Source: Asterias rubens (lineage: Eukaryota). Taken from it: DNA of 64,000 nt. Location of the stretch: contig NC_047079.1 of NCBI RefSeq assembly GCF_902459465.1, positions 2,108,001 to 2,172,000 of the forward strand, written 5' to 3'. The notes beneath the pieces are model-generated. The model did no database searches and had not been told where the DNA came from. It saw nothing but the letters and a program-made list of their open reading frames with translations. Every line of letters starts with the position of its first letter. The first letter of the stretch is position 1. Made by a program: the position numbers and the translations under genes. Positions 58,101 to 64,000 of the stretch are shown piece after piece.

Positions 58101-58219
58101 AATTGAGCGGAAATAGAAGGAAACTGGCCAGAAACTTCAGGAAGCAATCACAAAGTGCAACCCAGTTGGGCGGATATACATGTGAAAATACCATACCATT
58201 GAAGCATGTACAAATTGAT

Positions 58220-58560
58220 CTCCATTGGTAACATACAGCCTCATACGAACCAATGATAGAGTAAGTCACTGCTTTCAATCACTGACTCACCATTGGTATC
58301 CATTCAACATACAGTATCATTCAAACCAATGGTAGAGTAAGTCACTGCATTCAATCAGTGACTTTAACACATACACAATGTAATGTAGAGTTTTACACCA
58401 TTGGTATCCATTCAACATACAGTATCATTCAAACCAATGGTACAGTAAGTCACTGCCATAAATCAGTGACTTTAACACGGTATTGATCCACAATTGTAAC
58501 ATACAGCCTCGTCCAAACCAATGGTAGAGTAAGTCACTGCAATAAATCAGTGACTTTAAG
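58220..58560. repeat. ~70-105-bp tandem repeat, 4 units, rich in CCAAT/ATTGG with an internal hairpin
   Basis: ACCATTGGT...AACATACAG...AAACCAATGGTAGAGTAAGTCACTGC...CAGTGACTT is repeated four times. Confidence 0.82.
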
Positions 58561-58640
58561 ACGTATCTATGATTGGCTGCTCATCGATTGTCAATCAAAC
58601 CCGAAGTAGACTGATGAGCACTTCAATGAAAATACAGCAG

Positions 58641-58736
58641 TATTTAAACGCGCTGCACCAGCAGCAGTGTTCATAACAACTTTGCATCAGAAGAGAGGAA
58701 CTGAGAAGGTTTGGACTACAAGAACACATCATCAAG
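58641..58736 (+). promoter_or_regulatory. Candidate TATA box plus short non-coding first exon of an unidentified + strand gene
   Basis: GATTGG at ~58571, TATTTAAA at 58641-58648, a start region ~30 nt downstream, and a consensus donor AAG|GTAAGT at 58736/58737. No downstream exon was identified. Confidence 0.4.
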
Positions 58737-59561
58737 GTAAGTGTTCCTCATTCTACTGCCGGACTCAAGCTTTCGTTTCCAGATACAAGTAGTGGGTTTA
58801 AGGTTAGCCTATTGCAATGCGGTTGCAGTTTTTGCTCCAAAAGGGCTACCACTCGATACAGCTGATATTCTCATGCAGTGGCTAAGGTCTCTTCTCTCCT
58901 AAAGCTCTGCCATCTTAGTGAACTGTGGTAGTACTGTGATTGTACACAAACATGTGCACCCAGTTGCATATCCCTTTGAAACCATGCCGTAATTTCCTAA
59001 AGTTTTTCTTGCGCTACTTGCAGAGGTCTGCAACAATGTCTTGTGCAAAACTTTTGCTATATTTTTTGTCCACTACATTGTCAATACTTTAACTGTGCGC
59101 GACGTTCTGCTCGTTTACAACATTGTGTAAAGAATGGTAACAACAAATGATGAGATTGTTGATTTTACATTGCATTATTTTATAAAAAATGTTTTGTTTT
59201 TATTTTTTTATTATGGGCGGGGGATATTTCAGACTGAACATTGTACAATATGAGTACCCTATAAGGTGTTGATTGTCTTGTTACAGCAAGGGGCAACCGA
59301 AGCAAGGCGGGTGTGCCGTTTGCTCCAAAGGTTTACAAAACTATTTAACCGTCACTATTTATGCGACAGTTGTTCTGTATTACTAGGGTAATTGTCTTGT
59401 TTTGAGGCATTCTGTTGCACATCTTGCAAGAATGTTACAACAGAATTGGCAAAATTTACACAATTTAAACGTTAACAAACAATGACAAACAGATAAACTA
59501 AATTGATGGTACGCATCAGCAAGACACACCGTACAAAACAAGTGTGACGTCAAAGGGTTAA

Positions 59562-59866
59562 GGTTAAACACGTGACACTGTATAGGGTCCGTGATTTGTG
59601 TTGTAAAACATTGGGTTTCGCCCATTTTCTACATCAAACTTAAACATTGGTGCGATCAGCAATCGTTGATGTGCTGAACACCTTTTAAACGCTTCTTAAA
59701 CACACTCCTAACATAAAGTAAACGGCTGATGCGTCAAACTTAACGCATCATAGTAAAAACGAAACGCTTGACGCGTTTAGTTTGACGCATCAGCCGTTTA
59801 TAAATGGGCAAAAAACATTGCTTTCAACACAACTAATTGGCCCCATACATTGTTACGTGTTAACCC
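59562..59866. repeat. Foldback element with central hairpin
   Basis: GGTTAAACACGTGACACTGTATAGGG / CCCCATACATTGTTACGTGTTAACCC, with an inner AACGGCTGATGCGTCAAACT / AGTTTGACGCATCAGCCGTT pair. Confidence 0.75.
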
Positions 59867-60433
59867 AATACACCCTTTGACGCGTTCGAAAGCTGTTACA
59901 GAACCTAAAAACTTGTTTTTGTTTACAGTGCAGTTGTTGTGCGTTTTACAAATGTCTTCACCCTTTAGGAAATGTGATTGTTTGTCTTTGTACCAATTTT
60001 TGTGTTGTTATGAACAGTTTTGTGATTGAGTCGGTCAGCTAATTAATCGCCTGCAATTTGTTAGAAGCGTGACGTATAGCTTTTTAAGCGAAAAATCTCT
60101 ATTCATACCTCCTGCAAATGCGAATGCGAATATTTACAAATTTTGACGTCACAAAATCGCAACGTTTAATTCGCATCAGTTGAAATGTGTTCAATCCCTG
60201 CAAAAACAGGGATGTGGCTTAAACATTCGTATCCCATTCGCGTTCGCAGGAAGTACGAACAGGGCTATATAATGCCGATAATTTATTGCATGCATAGCTG
60301 CGCTGAAATCATCACTTTTGAAAACGAGGTCATCTCAAAACTAAATTCTTGTCAACGAATTCTTCAAAAGTATTATCTCGACAACAGTGTCCTAGTTTTG
60401 GGTGGTTAAACAAGTCATCGACCTGGTGCTAAC

Positions 60434-61671
60434 TGGCTCACACTATGACAAAAAAGGGTTACTGCAAGCAACGTCGAGCTGCATATTGCAATTTTGAGTT
60501 TGCCGCCAATCAACGTGTTTTGCCGTCAATTGTCGCTGACGAACCCGCTAGTGACCGCAGACGGTCGAAATTATCAGTCGTGTCCGTCGGCAAAGTTGTG
60601 ACAGCAAAACAAATCATTGTGATTGCGTTCAGATTTCGTTAGAGAACGCAACCCTCATTTTGTTGACGCAGATGGCCGCAATTATCAGTCGCATGACATT
60701 TCCATGCCGTGCGATTCCGCCTATTGACCCAATTCACCTGACGTCATCATCAAAATAATCTTGGAGGCGCCATTTTGGTGGTCAATGTCAACGTGTGTTG
60801 TTCAGAGAAGTGCGCATTTTAGGCGACTCTGCGTTTACACGTAAATCTATTGACCACCAACATGGTGAGCGTGGCATCAGTCGCCGCGTGTGACGCGCGT
60901 GCATGGGGTCAATTGCATATACCTATGGTCAATTGTCGTTTTGAGTTCGTCACAATAGACCCGTCCCATGAAATATGTAAATTACACATAGCGCGTGCGC
61001 ACTAACGTTTTGGTTGGCAAAATGAGGGAACATCGCGCTGTTTTGTACACGGGCAATGGGTGACGCAGACGCAATTGCGCGTCTGCTTAGTGCACAACTC
61101 TATGGTGTTTGCCAACCAACATGGTTTGTACGCACGCGTGAATGTATTAACATATTTCATGGGAAGGGTCCATTTCGTTGGTGGTCATGATGTCTGATGA
61201 GTGGATGACCAGAATATTGTGAAGAGTGGGAACGCCAAACTCGACTTTATATACAGCCTACACACAGAGGTTTTGATGTCGGCAAATGAGTCACGTCATC
61301 GTCGCCGCAACCCACCGTCAGCCACCGTTCCTTGCCGTATCCCAGTCCGCTGCCAGCCGTCTGACCTCTTTCCTGTTGTCGCTGAAGGTCGTTCCCAACC
61401 GTCAGCCAATTTTGTTTTTTCCCTTTTGCCGCCAAGGTCTTGGGATTTTCACGTTCTTCACTTTCCGTTTGGTCTTTGCCGCCACTAAATGAGCCAGCCA
61501 AAGTCTGGCTTACATAGTAGCGACAGGCGTGACTAATTTGCAGCCATCTGTGGTCGCTAGCGGATTCGTCAGCGACAATTGACGGCAACACACGATGAAT
61601 GGCGGCAAACTAAAAATTGCGATTCGCAGCTAAACGTAGCTAGCCGTAATTGTCATAGTGTGAGCAAGCCT
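60434..61671. mobile_element. Long-TIR non-autonomous element containing two nested MITEs
   Basis: Outer inverted arms at ~60434-60570 and ~61540-61671 (GCTCACACTATGAC / GTCATAGTGTGAGC); inner MITEs at ~60722-60915 (ATTGACCC) and ~60955-61175. Confidence 0.72.
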
Positions 61672-62339
61672 TAGCAAAGGAGCAAAAATAAAAACAATTT
61701 GAGGTTAACTCTGGGTTCCACCCTTACCCTGTTATCCCAGTCAACTGTTTTCTCGTACTCTTTTGTTGTAAACATTTGTGATTTGCTGGCAAAGTAGGTA
61801 AACCGTGAACAATATGATTGATAACTCAGTTGGAGAGTGCCGATAAATGAGGGTCACAGGTTCACTTTCCACTTTTGACAAACTGTCTTTGCTCAAGTCA
61901 AAATCACTGTAATTAAGAATAAGATTCGGAATATAATTAGTAGAAACTACGTTAAGTGGATCAACTCAATAAGTTACCACGTAGAGCATTGAGTTGATCC
62001 GTGCTGAACGAGACGCCATACTTGAACTTTGCCAAGTCACCAGCCTAGTCACCAAACGTGTTGAAAAGGTACGTTGATGTAGTCATGCGAGTATGATCAA
62101 AACTGATGTTGATGGCCACAATCGGCCGAAGACTCAAAAGTACGGATTTAGCTGTGGGTTTTGTTCAGGTCAGTTTTGTTGCCTGAGTGGCTCCAAGTGA
62201 CGCCACATGATCGCCGAGTAACGTATTAGGTATCATATGTATGGATCGAAACTGTGATGTCTCAAATTGGTCTTTCAATAGTAACAACATAAAATTCATT
62301 TATAAAGTCAACCTCCATTGTTCTTGGGTTGCTCTAGTC

Positions 62340-62620
62340 ATCGTCAGTCTCCTGACGATGACTACAGCAACCTAAGAACTGACTCCGCGGTAGTAATAAG
62401 TAATAGTCCCAGCCTATTTCTATTCCATCCGCCCAGGTAATAGTTAATAAGCAGTACAGTTCTTTTCAGAACTGACAAGTCTCCCGAGCACCCGAACAAT
62501 CTACTCCGCGGTAGTAGCATTAAGCAAGACAGTTTTCTAAGAACAAACTCTACCTGGCAAATAGATACACACATGGTGTTAAAGGCGCAAACCAAATTAT
62601 ATACAACAGACCTGTTATCA
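62340..62620. repeat. Dispersed unclassified repeat (AAGAACAAACTCTACCTGGCAA family)
   Basis: Near-identical blocks at 44100-44335 (same orientation) and 36330-36620 (inverted); diverged copies at 11700-11940 and 34120-34260. Confidence 0.75.
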
Positions 62621-64000
62621 TTCGCACCCGTAGAGTGGCAATCCGACGAATAATACACAATAATGACATCGAAGTCTTATCTAGCGCTTGTATCTACCAA
62701 CAAGGTACTCAAGGCGCTGAGTATAATTCTACCAACTATCAGAAAGATAACTTATTGTAGTGATGAACTCGAAGAACTCGATGAGAACCATTTATGTAGC
62801 ACCTAAGAAGGAGTTACAAGGTGGCACGGCGTACACAGCAGCCAACACCAGGTGAACCCCTTCACTTTTCGATAAGTGCACTGGGTTCCTTTACATACGT
62901 TATACACAACACATGGGACCGACGGCTTTACTTTCCTAATGACGAAGCAATAAGTGTCACGGCTCGGGAACGGACCCTAACTCTACTGATCAGAAACACC
63001 AGAGTTTGGTGCTCTAAACCGTTCGGCAACGACACTTCTGTTGATAATAATATCAATTATAAACAGTTTTAACACTCTAAAGGCGTTCTCATTTAGTTGC
63101 TTTCAAAAAGACCACAACATTTTCGAAAACTAATGTCACAGTTAACCCCATGCAACCGTGACGCGAAAGAAAGTTTGCTAACTCTAGAACAAAAGTCTCT
63201 TCGACAAGATATTGTATTTACAATTATTTTACATTTATTTACAATCACTGGGGACACTGCCCCATTTCTGGAAAAAGTACACTGAATAACTATATCTTTG
63301 ATTCTACGGAAACTAATCAATAAACTCAAAACACTTCGTCTCAATCTTGTCAAATAAAGCTTATGACTTCAACTCTGACTTCAACTCCGACCAAAATGTT
63401 CAAAATATTGGGTGAATAAAATTGGCCCACCGTGAAAATGTCCAAAGGTTAAACTTTCCTCCGGTACCAATGTCTTGCTCCACTCTTCTTCTAACACTTT
63501 ATGTAGGCACGTGTCATAGACTCTCCTGCCTTCCTTTCTGTCGCCTCAGAACTTCCAATAACGCTTCTCACTCTATGAGGGAGGGTATAGTCCCTTTAAA
63601 CTTCTAGGAGAGGGTTAGATTCCCACCTCAATATCATGGCCATCTATAAAATAATTATTAAAACAAATAAAATAATGCCTGATGCTCTCCTTCATTTTGA
63701 TAAATACACATGCACTTCTCAAACAATTTTTTTGTCTGATTTCTTCTTCTCAAAAAAAATGGTGAACTACAAATTCAGAGTATTCAAATTACAAAGCTAT
63801 TCAAATCCAATGCTCCATTAATACAGCATGAAATACACATTTCCAAGAACAATTTAGTTTCAAGAATTCTGCTCAATTAGAATCATTATCCTCAAAAACA
63901 ATAAGCAATATTTCAATTTACGATTTTCTCCTTGTTTCCAATCTCAAACTGCCGATCTCTGCCACCTCAGTTCTCTGCCAATCAATTGCTTAAAATAACA

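Noticed and set aside
61985-62068. Possible 84-nt exon (SIELIRAERDAILELCQ...) with AG and GTACGT boundaries
   Set aside because: No recognisable homology, a weak acceptor, and it overlaps a perfect 13-bp hairpin (GGATCAACTCAAT/ATTGAGTTGATCC) more typical of repeat DNA.

Overview
Eukaryotic, AT-rich, repeat-dense genomic DNA; the splice signals and repeat families suggest a marine invertebrate, probably an echinoderm such as a sea star (inference, no search run). There are three main blocks. (1) About 2.16-16.2 kb is a large inverted duplication with a ~450-bp spacer. It holds two intact, head-to-head, 5-exon secreted S1A serine protease genes (266 and 265 aa) with Gly189 in the S1 pocket and a Leu-|-Ile-Ile/Val-Gly-Gly activation site. 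(2) 21,045-44,510 on the minus strand is a complete 26-coding-exon USP48 orthologue (1031 aa by hand splicing). One of its splice donors is amplified 17 times in a 29-bp minisatellite made of a LINE tail plus the exon/intron junction, and its stop codon lies in a second minisatellite. (3) About 46.1-51.9 kb is a decayed tyrosine-recombinase retroelement of Ngaro type (gag-like ORF1, YR, SGNH hydrolase, direct repeat). Its RT/RNaseH region is missing and replaced by an antisense Penelope-type GIY-YIG remnant and a tandem array. The rest is SINEs, L2 and RTE LINE 3' fragments, Kolobok-like and Harbinger-like non-autonomous elements, foldbacks, and a candidate promoter plus first exon at ~58.2-58.7 kb. 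All exon coordinates were derived by hand; repeat boundaries are approximate.
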